NCBI GenBank assembly: GCA_051294905.1
Contig: CM119378.1
Span: 1,552,001-1,616,000, forward strand
From: Botryllus schlosseri
Taxonomy: Eukaryota
Reading direction: 5' to 3'
Length of the DNA stretch: 64,000 bases
Shown here: in pieces, positions 13,701 through 25,983 of the stretch
Layout: every line of letters starts with the position of its first letter
Position numbering within the stretch: the stretch's first letter is position 1
The notes under the pieces: generated by a model
The model's input: only the letters and a program-made list of their open reading frames with translations
Database searches by the model: none
Told to the model about the DNA's origin: nothing
Program-made: the position numbers and the translations under genes

Positions 13701-16700
13701 TTGCATGCTGTTCCCTTTGTTGCATGCTGTTATTTCTTGACCTCCCTGGATTGTCGGAGGCTATAGTGTGGTGGTTCTCAGCCGGGGGTCCGCGAAACCT
13801 CCAAATTTGAATAATGTGCGATTACCTAATTTATATTCTTATAATTAGAGAAATCGCGAAGCAATTTCACTTCGTAATTGCTAAAACTCAAGGACTCACA
13901 TAAACAGAATGGCAGTCTTGGATGAAATTGTCTACTGTGTAAACTCATTTTAATTGCCAAATTGCCAATAGCCTACTGATACGAACATATTGCTGTATAG
14001 AGATGTTCTGTTGCGGTTTTGGAATAAACTCGTTTCCGAAAAAAATCTATTTCTCCTGTGACATACATAACCGCTATTCCAGAATAACTTCAATATGAGC
14101 TGCTGTATAGGAATGACTATTAGGCTGGACGTTTTATATTGGTGCCATGTATGTTGAGATCAGACCCAAAGGTGTCGTCGGAATCTTCACGCGTTATTAT
14201 TACATTTGCCACCACCTGTTATCTTTGTGGATTTACGGCTCCCTTTCATGTGAAATCGACGGCGCGGATTTTCGAGACACGGCAGAGTATTTCAAGAAAT
14301 GCAGATACAGAATTTGCTTTGAAATAATAAACGTCTTCCCAATTTCTATATAAATAGTAGGATGTTAATTTCAAGAAAGGTCATTTTGATTCTGTTTATC
14401 ACTAGCCTACAGTTGATATTTGCATAGGACAGATGATGGTTGCATGATAATAGAGCCACATTTGAACTAAAACTGGCGGGGTCCTAAAACTGGCGGGGTC
14501 CGCGGGGGTCCGTGACGGTTCAAAGGGGGTCCGCGCAGCCCAAAAGGTTGAGAACCACTGCTATAGTGGAAATATATTGGAATCGAATAAACGTATACCA
14601 GAAACATTTTTTTTTCGTGAGAAGCACACGATTCCAAGTTGGTATTTCTATATGGGACGCATCATTTTCCTCTGCTGTTCGCATCTTTACTGTGGGGCTC
14701 AAATTGTAAAGGTTGCTACTATATTAAAATCGTAAAATGAAGTATAGCATTGATTCGAGCGTAGCGCGAAGGAAATTTCAAGATCAAATAAAATCCCTTA
14801 TAAATTCTGGAGTCAATTCGTAAATTCAATTTGCCTGTCGACGGCCTCCAACACATGCTAATAAAATTACGTGTCACGGCCGCACAATTTCCCTTCTACG
14901 GCCGCAGGTTACCCACCCCTGCCCTAACCTCACCATAACTACATCTCAAACCTCGCCGAGCGAGATAAGAAATGGCGATGCGTCCGCCGTCCGGCTTCTT
15001 CGTCGGTAGGTCGTGGGTTCAATCCCAGGCCAGGCCAGTCCGAAAACTAGGCGCGCAGCATCAACGGAGAGCATGGAGGAGAAAAATTGGTCGTGCAGAG
15101 GTGCAGACCTTGCTCAAAGGTCGTATCGCATCTCCATCGTCAGCGCATCTCGGCGGTGCAGGCGAAAATAAATTTGATCTCTCTCAAAGAAACAACAATA
15201 CCCTGATTTTACCTAACCAATCCCTAACCCCAACTTTATTTTATGATATGCCATCCATAATCTAATCCACAGAATTGGTCAGTAACGAGGTGCCTCTACT
15301 TAGCAAAAGTACTCAGGTCGGTTTTGCTTCTTCACCACATGAACGTTTTTAGGCTGCTTCTACTTATTCCAGCCCTAAATGATTGTACTTGTACTTCAGT
15401 AGTAATTTATATGTATGCATAGGCCTATACGTAGTGAATATATTTACAACATCTGCCAATCCGTATTACCCTAGCGCTAACCTCCAACCCAAATCCTACG
15501 ACACCCAACCCTAATCCTAATCCAAATGCAAACGCAGTCAATTTTGATATATTCATCGGGAACGCTGATTAGTGATGGTCATGTCATGTTGCTGTGAATA
15601 TAGAAGTAAACTAGTACGCCTGGTCATGCAGCTTTCAATAATATTTCGATGTCTATTTGCGATCGTAACTCAACTGTTTTCAGGATACGAGGAGTACGCG
15701 TACTGGTCCGAGACTAAGGAGCCGGTCTGCTGGTTTTGGACCTTCAACAAAACCTGTCTCTTCAACAGCAAAGAGTTAAGAAACAGATGTAACAGCAACG
15801 CCCATTTCATAAGCTTCCACGGCCCCGTAACGTTGGAATTACGCGCGCGAACAAAGTCGGTTGAGACCTGGAGTCCGCTTTTCGCCATCGAATACTGGTA
15901 CATAACTCCTCAATCTTCGCTACTGTTTAATTGCACTGGTAAGCGGAGACCTAGCTGAGATTTGAAAGGTTAGAACCGTGGTCGTATCCAGTGGTTATGT
16001 CCCAAAAATCTTGTTTCAGCCCGCTATGTCACTGAAAGTCGGTATTTTTTGGCTGGTTAATGTTACAAAAGGTCATATTTCTACGTTAACGGTAGAAATT
16101 TTGCTGCACGTTTTAAAAACATAAAATAAAAGACGTCGGCTACTTGGGATCTCTCAAATCGATTTATCAACGAAGATGCAAGCAAACCGAATCTCTGACC
16201 TCGTATAAAATGTCTGCGGAACTGGCTCTATAGAACCGGTGCGAACCGGCTGAATCGCACCACTGGCGGCCAGTGTCGCGTTTGTTGAGCGTTTGAAACG
16301 ACATTGTGACGCACCTTGAAATTTTTTACTCTTCGATTTAGCTGAAAACGCGTGCCCCAATGTGGACAAAGCACCGAATTCCGTAGCGCACAAACGGCCG
16401 ACGAGAGTCTCTACCGTTGGAAAGACGCGGTGCTCCTATTGGGATGACGCGTTCATCGTTCTTGTGTTCGTGTTTTTATTGGTCGTCCTCGTCCTCCAGT
16501 TCATAGGGTGAGTCATTACGTGGCTATAATTGTCAACGAAGCTGTGTGAAGAACTTCGAGGGTGATTCGATGTTCAGCCACTTGGTTGCACAAATTCAGA
16601 CACCTTCCTTCGTTCGTTTAGTTAGAATTATATCCACTCGAAAGATTGCGACAGAATGAAATATAGGAAGAAGTCGAAACGTGCTGTTGTAGTGTATCAA

Positions 16701-18860
16701 ACACCACCTTGACCTAGCTAGAACATGTAATAAGAATCATGTACAATTGCACCCTGATTTAAAAGTAGCTGATGTCGTGAAAATGATACAGGGGAACGGT
16801 ATATAGAGAGAGTCATTCTTTTCATCAAACCAAAATACATAACACACGGCAGTGGTGGTGGTACAGAAAATATGCATGCACATTATTCGGTATTAGATTG
16901 GAATGATCGATAAGACCGTGAAGGTCATCTCTAGTCTGATCACCATATTGCACCATATTGCGGAACAGGCGAAACTGACCGCTCAGACACTGTCATTCTC
17001 GTGCTCATGAGAATTCGGATTGGATGTGAACTGAACAAGGTTTTGTTGTATATATTATTCTAAGTTAGAAAATGAGTCCATGCCAATCCTAATCTAACTC
17101 GGAAAAGCTGAAAGTGTTCGACTGGGGGTGCTTGGATTGGTTGCATTCACACTCACTAAGCTTTTGAAATCGTATCGCGGTGACCGCTGGTCGACAGTCG
17201 CGGTCTTATCGATCATTCCTATCTAATACCGAATACTTTGCACGCGTATTCTCTGTTCCACCATCACTGCCGTGTTTTATGTATTTTGGTTGGATGAAAA
17301 TAACGACTCTCTCTCTCTATAATTATTAGTATTTGTGTGTTCTTTCTCAGAAATATGAAGTGTAGCCGATCGAGAGATTATAATCGCATCGAAGATGTCG
17401 AGGCTGAGTCGATATCACGCGACGCTGAAGATTTCGCCGAAGACACGCCTACGCCTCGCCCCGACACCGTCAGCCAAGAGACGACAGGCCGTCACGAGGA
17501 CGGCGAGAGCAGCCAATCAACGCGCGCTGATGTTCATATAGGAGACGCGCCAGTTGAGAGCCAAGAAACTACCGGTACTGATGCAGAGTTTGCAGACTTG
17601 ATAACTAGATTAGATTAGATTAGGATTACCATATTTTGGGTGCTTACTATGCATCAGGTCTCTAAATGTTATAAATTAATTCTTCCATATATCAGTATCA
17701 AAAATTTATCCACTTTTAAGTCCACGTAATCAAAGTTAGCGGTAGAACTGGTGGAGGTGGTGGTTTCCAAAATGGGGGATCGTCTCACACGGGTAAGACC
17801 ACTCATGAGCCGAAATTTATTTTTTATTGTCTAGTTTTTTGCGAAGACAGCAGTATCCATATAAAAATGAATGTGGGACAGTAAATCGCGCAGGGCGCGA
17901 AGAAAAATTTGAATTTGCATAAATCTTCTCCAAAATAAGATTGTTTTCTTGACGTAAGAATAAATTTGAAGCTACAGTACCTTCAAACGTGCATTCTGTT
18001 CTGTTTAGGCTACTGGTGAGGAGTTCGGACTTTGACAACGAGATATTGATAGTTGTCTCAGTGGATCAATTATAGTGGAATACCTGCAATGTAATTCTAA
18101 TATAACTTGTGAAATGTTTCTATGCTCCGAAATGCAGTAGTTCTAAAGCTGTGGGGCGTGAAAAAACCCCGAAGGGGGGCGCCAAGCTGCGGTCAACTGA
18201 AAAAATATTACGCGATCTGCGCGATTCACCTCCAGTTCATAGTTACTGCTCGTGTGTGGTCTGAATTTCATATTTGAGAATCCTTCCGTCAATAGTCGTG
18301 ACCTTCCTTGCCATCAAACTATTCGTTGAGATCGCTATCATTTTGGTTGCATTTTGTGATCTGACGATAGAGTTCGCGAAATTTTTCACTTTCATGAAGG
18401 GCATGTGTCTAGAAAAAAGTTGAAGAGCCACTGCTCCAATGTAAATAATGAAATAATTTCTGCTTTTCCTGATAATGCTACAGGAGATCTGTATAATGGG
18501 AGACGAGCCAAGCTCGGTGTACAGATATCTGCCATTCTCGAGCTTATCAGAATGAACTACGATTTTACATGAACTAAAATGTGTTTTTTATCGTTCTTTC
18601 TATTTCTATATATATCTAATTCTAGTCCAATTTTGAACAAAACTCTGTAGCTGACGATAGTTTCTGATCGAATTTGTAAATCATGAAATTTTGCTTCGTC
18701 TCCAACTTGTACTTATGAAGGTGCGTCTGGAGGTTGCAGTAGCGAAGCCGCTATAATCGCCACCAGTTCAGCGAGTGACTCCGTTGCGGGAGATGTCGTA
18801 ACGACTGATAAACCGGTCGATGTGAAGGAGATTGCAGTCGGCAGTGAGAGACGGGCGTAA
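10720..18860 (+). CDS. Gene B: type I membrane protein with signal peptide, divergent CUB-like domain, TM and acidic cytoplasmic tail (~336 aa)
   Basis: Exons 10720-10756 (MLTLISLAVVIT; g|gtaagt), 11367-11555 (GVGSQECDEIRSRSSISGSLYVPGLDNDTACWNVFL...NLTFK; g|gtgag), 15684-15938 (PVCWFWTFNKTC...LFAIEYWYI; g|gtaagc), 16342-16507 (TM FIVLVFVFLLVVLVLQFI; gg|gtgagt), 17351-17574 and 18721-18860 (ends SERRA*). All junctions are GT-AG and phase-compatible; total 1011 nt. The last exon is less certain (alternative is read-through to a stop at 17618). Confidence 0.75.
13250..14921. mobile_element. Non-autonomous hAT element in an intron of gene B
   Basis: TIR caggggtgggcaac / gttacccacccctg; exact TSD ccctaacc (13242-13249, 14922-14929). 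Confidence 0.85.
13769..14560 (+). mobile_element. Nested Charlie/Buster-type hAT deletion derivative with transposase C-terminal remnant
   Basis: Ends (t)ggtggttctcagcc / ggttgagaaccactg; exact TSD ctatagtg. Remnant peptide TFATTCYLCGFTAPFHVKSTAR resembles the PFATTYLCExGFS..xKxKxR motif of Buster-type transposases. Confidence 0.75.
14955..15190 (+). mobile_element. Probable tRNA-derived SINE (3' part repeated at ~31888-32003)
   Basis: Pol III B-box-like gggttcaatccc at ~15015. The 3' body agcatggaggagaaaaa...caggcgaaaat..atctctctcaaa is shared with the second copy. Confidence 0.55.
16805..17318. mobile_element. Non-autonomous TIR element with ~115-bp imperfect inverted arms and (AG)n/(CT)n ends
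   Basis: 16805-16920 is the reverse complement of ~17200-17318 (gagagtc..catcaaaccaaaatacataa..cacggcagtg..tattcggtattaga..gaatgatcgataagaccg). Confidence 0.7.
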
Positions 18861-19817
18861 AAGATTTGCTCGCTTTATAGGTAAACGCGGATAGTGTTCG
18901 GGTGAGCGAGTCGTGTTAGAATCTGGAAATAGTACAAGGAGCTTAGGCCATCTGTTCGCATGGATTTTTCGAATTTTTATTCCGGCGAAGCGATATTTGT
19001 TTGATATATTATTTGGAGCTCTGCTTGTTGCTGACGTCAGCCCCTGGCGAGTATCGGCCGAAAATACTTGGTTCATTTCAATATCATTGTATTATTAAAT
19101 TCGATTATTTCAATATCAATGTATTATTGAATTTGATAACGTTACTTTACAGGTGCGATTCTAGAATCTGATATCTGAGGATGCAGACAGTTATATGTTT
19201 CGACTAAAATTGCAACCGTTCCTCGTCTTCAAAAATACACGATATTTTCGTTCTCGTGTTCAATTATCAAGTGATTTATATTTTTGCACCGTGCCTCTTT
19301 ATGTTGTGATACTGGCAGTGGTGTGACGTGTGTGTTGCGACCACGTGTCGTATGATGGCGACAGTCTCGAAAAGAAGAAAGTGCGTAGCACACGCGCGTC
19401 GGTTGCTCCAGTTCAGTGAGCTATAGGCAAACCTTGTCGTCGATACCCGAATGCAGTTGGCCGGAGTATTGACCATGTAGACCAGGGGCGTGTGACTTGT
19501 CCAGTCGGCGGGCAGGATGTGGGTAAATTAAGAGTAATGGGCGGACCGGATTCCTGAATCGATACGTTGAACACGTGTTTATCCATATATACAAGGATTA
19601 ATCGTATTTAATGTAAATCTTAAGTTTGAAGCATAGAAACCAAAACAGCCTTCAATGAATTTTGTGTATTTGAATAGCTGTCGAAGTCAATGAGACATGT
19701 GCTCGATCAAAATTGTGAACAGGTTGATTACTGGCTGCATGTCGCACACAGAAAACAAAAATAAAGCATAACTAAGAATCACTATATGCGTCAGAAGAAA
19801 AAATGAAAAACCTAGAG

Positions 19818-20703
19818 CAGTGGTTCCCAACGCGGGCGATTTGGCGGTCTAGGGGAGCGAAAACAACGAAGTGGGCGATAGGGGGCGATGGCGCGTTATA
19901 ACGGCTATATTGGAGTCGGGACCGTAACTACCGCACCCCAAACCCCCCAATTGGGGGTGGGGGGGGGGGCCGAAATCGAAGAAAGACCAAAATTATTTCG
20001 TGCATTTACATGAAGGATAGAGTCATTTTCTAGAAATCCATGCGACCTTTTCAAAAAATTTTCGCGCTGTGCGCGATTTAATATATTCATGTATCTTGAT
20101 GTTTGGGTACCTGTCACCCAACAAAAATACGCATGATTTATGGAAATAGGAGATATCGGCGTCGGCCAATGCTGCGCCACGACGCACCAAGACAAATGAA
20201 GTTAGATGCCATGTAACATGCGACTCCGAGAAATGTGCCAGAACGATCAGCTGCGAGAAAACCGTAAACTTCGATATATGTTCAATTGTCCATAGGCGCC
20301 TCAATGGCTGGCATCGAATGTTCCATTCCTGGCGACCTTAAACCTACAGGACAAATGCCATCCCGCAAAGAAAAAATTATTGGCCAGTAAAGAAATACCA
20401 ATATGAAATCATGTGCGTCTTTTAGTTTGGTACGTTTTGACGATTTCCAGACGTTCTGACATAGCAGATATAGGGGGTCACGAAATAGCATCATGCAAAG
20501 AAGTCAATATAACAGCGATTACGCCCGAAGATGTTTATTTATTATTTAGGGGTCCTACCTTTTCCAACATACCACATTGACCATAAGGACCGATTCAAAC
20601 ATGAATTGCATAAGTTTGTCGCGCTCAATATTGGGGGGGGGGGCGATGATCGGTGTGGAGCATCAAAAGGGGGCGATGAGTCAAAAATGGTTGGGAACCA
20701 CTG
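19818..20703. mobile_element. hAT MITE interrupted by an inverted copy of the 4575-5370 repeat family
   Basis: TIR cagtggttcccaac / gttgggaaccactg; TSD acctagag/acttagag (7/8). Confidence 0.75.
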
Positions 20704-21044
20704 ACTTAGAGTCACTATAATTTGACGTATGGAGCAAGTAGGGAAGAATTGAGGCAGACTGTGACCGTATGTTGAGCGCCTCTGGTAGGCTGTTGTATAC
20801 AAACGAGGGGTTGGGATTTTGTCAAAATTTACCAATATATCATCAATTCACGAGGGTTGAGTACATGCGTAAACGCCGGTAATGCAAGCCTGTCCGTATC
20901 GAGAACTTGAGCGTGAGCTCCACTCACGTACTATATTCACACAAACATACGTTATATAGAATAACTTACAGTCACTATATCAATTTATGTAATAAGAAAC
21001 TAGTGGGGATTGCGGTGGACTATGGCCGAGCGCCACAATATCAT

Positions 21045-21265
21045 CACAGTGTCCTATATGGTGTCGACACAAGCAAATCTCACGGCTCAGTGAAATTGTA
21101 CACGTCACAATTTCCATTTGGCTACAAGCAATTTGACGGTCATTTTTGACCGGCTTGCCGAGCATTAAAGTTGGGCCTAGAACCCCCACAATCAGCCTCG
21201 AATTTTTTATTGTTATGGAGATTGGCATTGATACGCAACAATGCTGTCTGGCGAAACGAGAGAGT
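21045..21265 (+). repeat. Dispersed repeat, near-identical to ~3470-3750
   Basis: Shared agtgtcctatatggtgtcgaca..agcaaatctcacggctcagtgaaattg..cccccacaatcagcctcgaattttt..gttatggagattggcattg..acgcaacaatgct. Confidence 0.75.
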
Positions 21266-22347
21266 AATGAGAGCTTAACCGCTCAAAATCACGTTGCGGT
21301 CCTTATGTTGCCCGTCTCTGATGTAGACTGTAGTGTAGACGTAGAGGCTTGATGTTGCCCTGCGACTACAATACTATACTCATGATAAAGGCCTGAAAGA
21401 ATTCTAGTATACCTGGTAGCAACATGGATGATTTCGAACGTTCAAACATGTTGCTTAAATGAGACCACATAAATACCTGCCACACAGATGATAGTTTGGT
21501 ATGTTCTTGGCCGTGCTAATTTCAGTTTTAGGGCAGTACTGCGGGTGGATCACTGATTCGTGGAAAAGTCGTTTCTGCGAACGTGCGTATAGCTTTGTGC
21601 CTCGTGTTTTGAATGAATACGACCGACAGAGTTTTAAAGCTTCCAAGATGGGAAGAAAGTATTGTAACTATAATTTCTGATCTTAAGCGTCCTGTCTGGA
21701 CTATATTTAGTACAATTGATATTCGATTCGTATTATAGCATCGTGATGCCCAGCCATACTAATGATGTATAATCGCCTTAGTAGAAGGGGAAATAGCCTA
21801 TAGAGTGGTGGTGTGATTATTTGACGCAGCATCATATCGCAATCACGTATTACCACCAGGGTCGAATCCGAGATTTCAAATTGGTTTTCTGGGTTTATCC
21901 TGATGACGATGCTTATGCTCTTCATAAAGCCATATTTAAACAAAATATAAATGACGCGAAGACAATGAACGTTGAGACATACACATCAAAGTGTTTTGGT
22001 ATTAAATTTAAAAGTGATCTTTTGAAGTCGTTTGTTAGCTAACTCGTGTAGTTCAATGCGGAGACGGCATTAGGTGGTTGGCACACATGCATATAATCCG
22101 CATCTGTTATAAACGTAAAACGCGATCCAATGTTGAAATTGCAGAATATGTACAATTTACATGTACATTGTACATGGGACACAGACCAGCGTCACATAGC
22201 GCGCACCCATCCTCCGCAGAACGCGGACTGTTTTTCAATGACCAGGAGCATAAAGGTTTATAAAATGACTGTGAATTATACCCCCTGAAATAGCCAACAC
22301 AGAAAAAGCGTAACAAGCGCGTACTCGGATATCGGGACGCTTTAAAG

Positions 22348-23469
22348 CAGAGGTCTCAAACTCAAACTTGCTCGCGGGCCAATTTCCAGTTTTTGATGAC
22401 GCCGCCGGCCGCAGCATCAATAATAGGGATATTCAATGTATCATTTCCAAGTCGGCCGTATTTGACGGAAGCTTGCGGACAGGCATTCCAGAAACATCGT
22501 GAAAATGTACTTTACTATTGTATAACTATTCATGCTTGACACGGAAAAAATCACATTTTCAAATATTTGAATATAATTGTTTTGTGCCGGGCATAATTTG
22601 TTAAAATAATGAGTTATAGACATCATGTGAGAGGATACATCATGACATTGTCAAACTGTCGGATTATAATATTGCAGCTAGTGGGCCTTTGACGTGCCGA
22701 AATGTTATGTAGAATATTTTAAAATCTATTGAAGATTAATCTGATATCAGAGCATTTGAGCGGTGCAGTCTAATCCTGGTTTTGATGCAGTCGTGATAAG
22801 TATGCTATTGTTACTGTCATTGCCGAAGTCAAATTAGATCAGCATTAGATTTTGCCTTCGATTATTATTGGAACATGTTAATAAAACTTAAACATAATCA
22901 TTATTGAGCCACAGCAATAGCATTGTTTCTTTAACTTTAGCGATCGTATCCCTCGTGCTTCCAATAAGATTTCTCATAAACCCTGTTCATTTCCAACACC
23001 ATTTCTAATGGTAGGGCCTACATACCTACCTACCTACCTATATTAAGATCAGGAAGGACATTCACATAAAGTCGCGCGTAGCGCAAAGACCATTTTTCAG
23101 TTGAATAAATTGTCCAAGAAGATAACATAGCATAGGCCTAATTCCACAATGCATCTCGTATCCCCCGATGTGGTGCTTCGTACCCCGAACGGGTCTACGG
23201 ACCCTGGTTAAAAAAAGGCATAGAAACGTCCAATCGCCGATGAATTCATTGGTGTTACAGCTGTGGAGCATACTACTAACTTACTCGTCACCGTTACTGT
23301 TGAGATTTCAGTTTTTTAGTAGTTTCTGGGTGAACTTCAAGTTTTTATAACCACAAGAGATATGTGGCACTTGAATATATTGTCGAATACTTGAAACTTC
23401 GTAATGCCGTCGCAGGCCGCACAAAATGTTCTCGAGGGCCGCATGCGGCCCGCGCGTTTGAGAACTCTG
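22348..23469. mobile_element. hAT MITE
   Basis: TIR cagaggtctcaaac / gtttgagaactctg; TSD ctttaaag/ctttagag (7/8); gcggcccgcg subterminal motifs. Confidence 0.75.
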
Positions 23470-25164
23470 CTTTAGAGAATCAACGAAACACTAGAATACT
23501 CGTATCTCCCGAATACCCTTCTGTGGAGTCGCTAAAGCAGTATTTTACGGATCAACCACTCATAATTGCATGTTGTGACCAAGCAGAATCGCAAAAGGTA
23601 AACAAATCGGGCCTTTGCAATGCATTAAGAAGTTATTGGTAACAGGAAGCAGACCAGGAGCATATATCCGATTCTCAAAAGAGGATATTATTATTACGAA
23701 AACGTTTTTGAAATAACAAAGTATTGACTGCTTGTTGAGGAGTAGTCAAATATACATAAATAGAAGTATCGCTATTATGTTAAGCAATGATTTTTCATTT
23801 TCATAACTGCAAAATTGATGTATAAGAGCAAAAGAAAAAAAAATATAATAAATTCGTTAATCTGGCATTTTAAAATACCAATTCAACCGTTCTCGGCAGT
23901 CAAGTCAGAAGAGACGGAAATAAAACGAACGGACGCAGTTTCCTTCAATCGCATCATACCGAACAAATTTAATTAGGTATCTATTCAAATTATAATTTCA
24001 GATTTATGTCAACACGGTGTGTACTGTATAACCTAGGGCAGTTAAAAAAAACTTTTTTTCACAAATCTTGCTTGCTACGTGATTAAATCGTAGAGCGAAT
24101 AGTACGAATAGTATGATGTCATAATGCCACAATGCATTGTGAAAAATACGGTCACAAACTTCGTTTAGATTTCGTGAAATCTACATTGGTCCGACGAAGA
24201 ATATAGATATTATTGACTATCGCTTGAGAAATCTATTTACCCATATTTTACCTGCTTGTCAGTTCATCTACTTTTCGCGGTCGTAAATTTCAGAATGCTA
24301 AGTACTCTATTCGAAAATTATCTCATAATTCCTTTTAACGTGGCTATTTCAATAAAGCGGACTAATTTCCAGCGACTCCGTATCATACCTTCTTTTTTGT
24401 TAACTGGAGATTTCTTCATTCAAACTCCACCATAGGCCTTTGTCAATATAGAAACGAGTGGAAAAGACATCCCTACCTCGTTAGGCATATCTAGAACACG
24501 ATTTTTGGTCATGTCGGAGTCACGAAATTCGCCACCGCAAATTATTATTTTAAAAAATGGGCGAAATCTCAATTTGGCAGAAATCAGCATCTAGGGCTGG
24601 AAGTGGGTCAAATTTGGTGTGCATTATTTTTTTCGGCAATCTGACGATTTAATCACACAGCAAACAAGATTTGAAAAAACATGTTTTTTTTTCACCAGTC
24701 CTAGTAAACTCTCACGAAGGGGATTATCGTGATAGTCTCAGGGGTTTGGCGGAAGTCAGAACACACAAATTCTTCGCGGTTTATGTAAAATCGTGTATTG
24801 ATTGTTTTACCATTAACGCCGTTGTTGATGTAGGCTGGACTACATTTCATTTGGTGCATTAGTATGTAGCCTGTTGGATTTGTAATGTGGTAGCGAAAAG
24901 TTGAGGTTCGCCGAAGGTTTGTAGATTGTCGTACGGGTTTATCAGGTTAACTGCCTCTGATTTGATTCAATGGAATCTTCTGAAAAAATGAACATCGATT
25001 GCACTACACTTTGGGAATAGACTGGAGAAACTATATGGATTTTAATTGAAGGCTTTCTACCCTTGGAACTGAAAGTCGGTCATATCTTTAGGAAGCGCTC
25101 GCGAGATGTAGCGTTACAATATTAAATTTGCATCCGGAATTTGGTGTCATGATCTCGAGAACAA

Positions 25165-25983
25165 CTACGAGTCGCGTGACAACAGTTGCCGAGAGCCTGG
25201 AGGCATTTGTTCCGGGTCATCTCCGACGGTCCACGACTGCTCTGGACGCATCCCATTCGCAAATCTCGGTTGAACCCCCATATCGTTTCGGGCGTGGGGC
25301 GAAAACTCGTATCCCGCTCCGTTTTGGGCTGAGCGGGGTGGATGATACTCCACACGTTTGTGGCCCACATCTTCGCGCGTCTGTTGTTTGATGGAATGTC
25401 GCGTTTTTCGAAGTCTGAAAATACGAGGTACATATGTAGTAAGGCTTGGAGAGGAAGTCAAGTTGTAGTGAATACATGTATGTCGAATTATCTAGCCACA
25501 CCCCTTCTTTACAGGATGCGTGGATGTTGTATAGTATAACATTGGGATAGCAATCGTATCGCGAACATGCCCAAGTTCACCGCTATTTTGGAAATCAAAG
25601 TCGAGCGATTTCAATTTTTGAATTAAAATAAAGATATCGTTTGCTCAAGATGCTCAAAAGCTGATTGCAAACTCCTTGATCAGGCCCGAGAAAATGTTCA
25701 GGTAATTTCTGAGTCAATATCGAAATCCAAGTGATAACCAGATTGCAAACTGTCAATGCAATCCGAATCCGACCAAAATCTTCAATCCCAAGTCAAACCA
25801 ATATCTGTCCAAAGAATATTTTTACTCACCGCCTTGTAACCACTACCAGCGCGATTAATGCGATCGCAAGCAACACCGCCAGAGCTATCACCGCTGGAAG
25901 AAGGTCACCATGCACACTTTGTTGTTTGTCAAAAGACGCGTTGGGGTCGCATGGCGGAACGGTGCCTCCGATCTCTGGTTTGC
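25165..25983 (-). CDS. Gene C (3' part): stalk+TM exon and cytoplasmic exon of a single-pass membrane protein
   Basis: Exon 25983-25830 (tttcag|gc; TM LLPAVIALAVLLAIALIALVVVT; cg|gtgagt) splices in phase 2 to 25414-25165 (ttttcag|; RLRKTRHSIKQQ...SRDS*). Same phase 1-2 TM exon layout as genes A and B. Upstream candidate exons (~26913-26655, ~26530-26410) could not be joined cleanly. Confidence 0.65.

Noticed and set aside
14990..15030. tRNA gene
   Set aside because: Only a B-box-like motif with no cloverleaf; interpreted as a SINE head.
15465..15530. Telomere-like ccctaa degenerate repeats (also ~13230-13250)
   Set aside because: Few, imperfect units; low-complexity sequence or TE tail.
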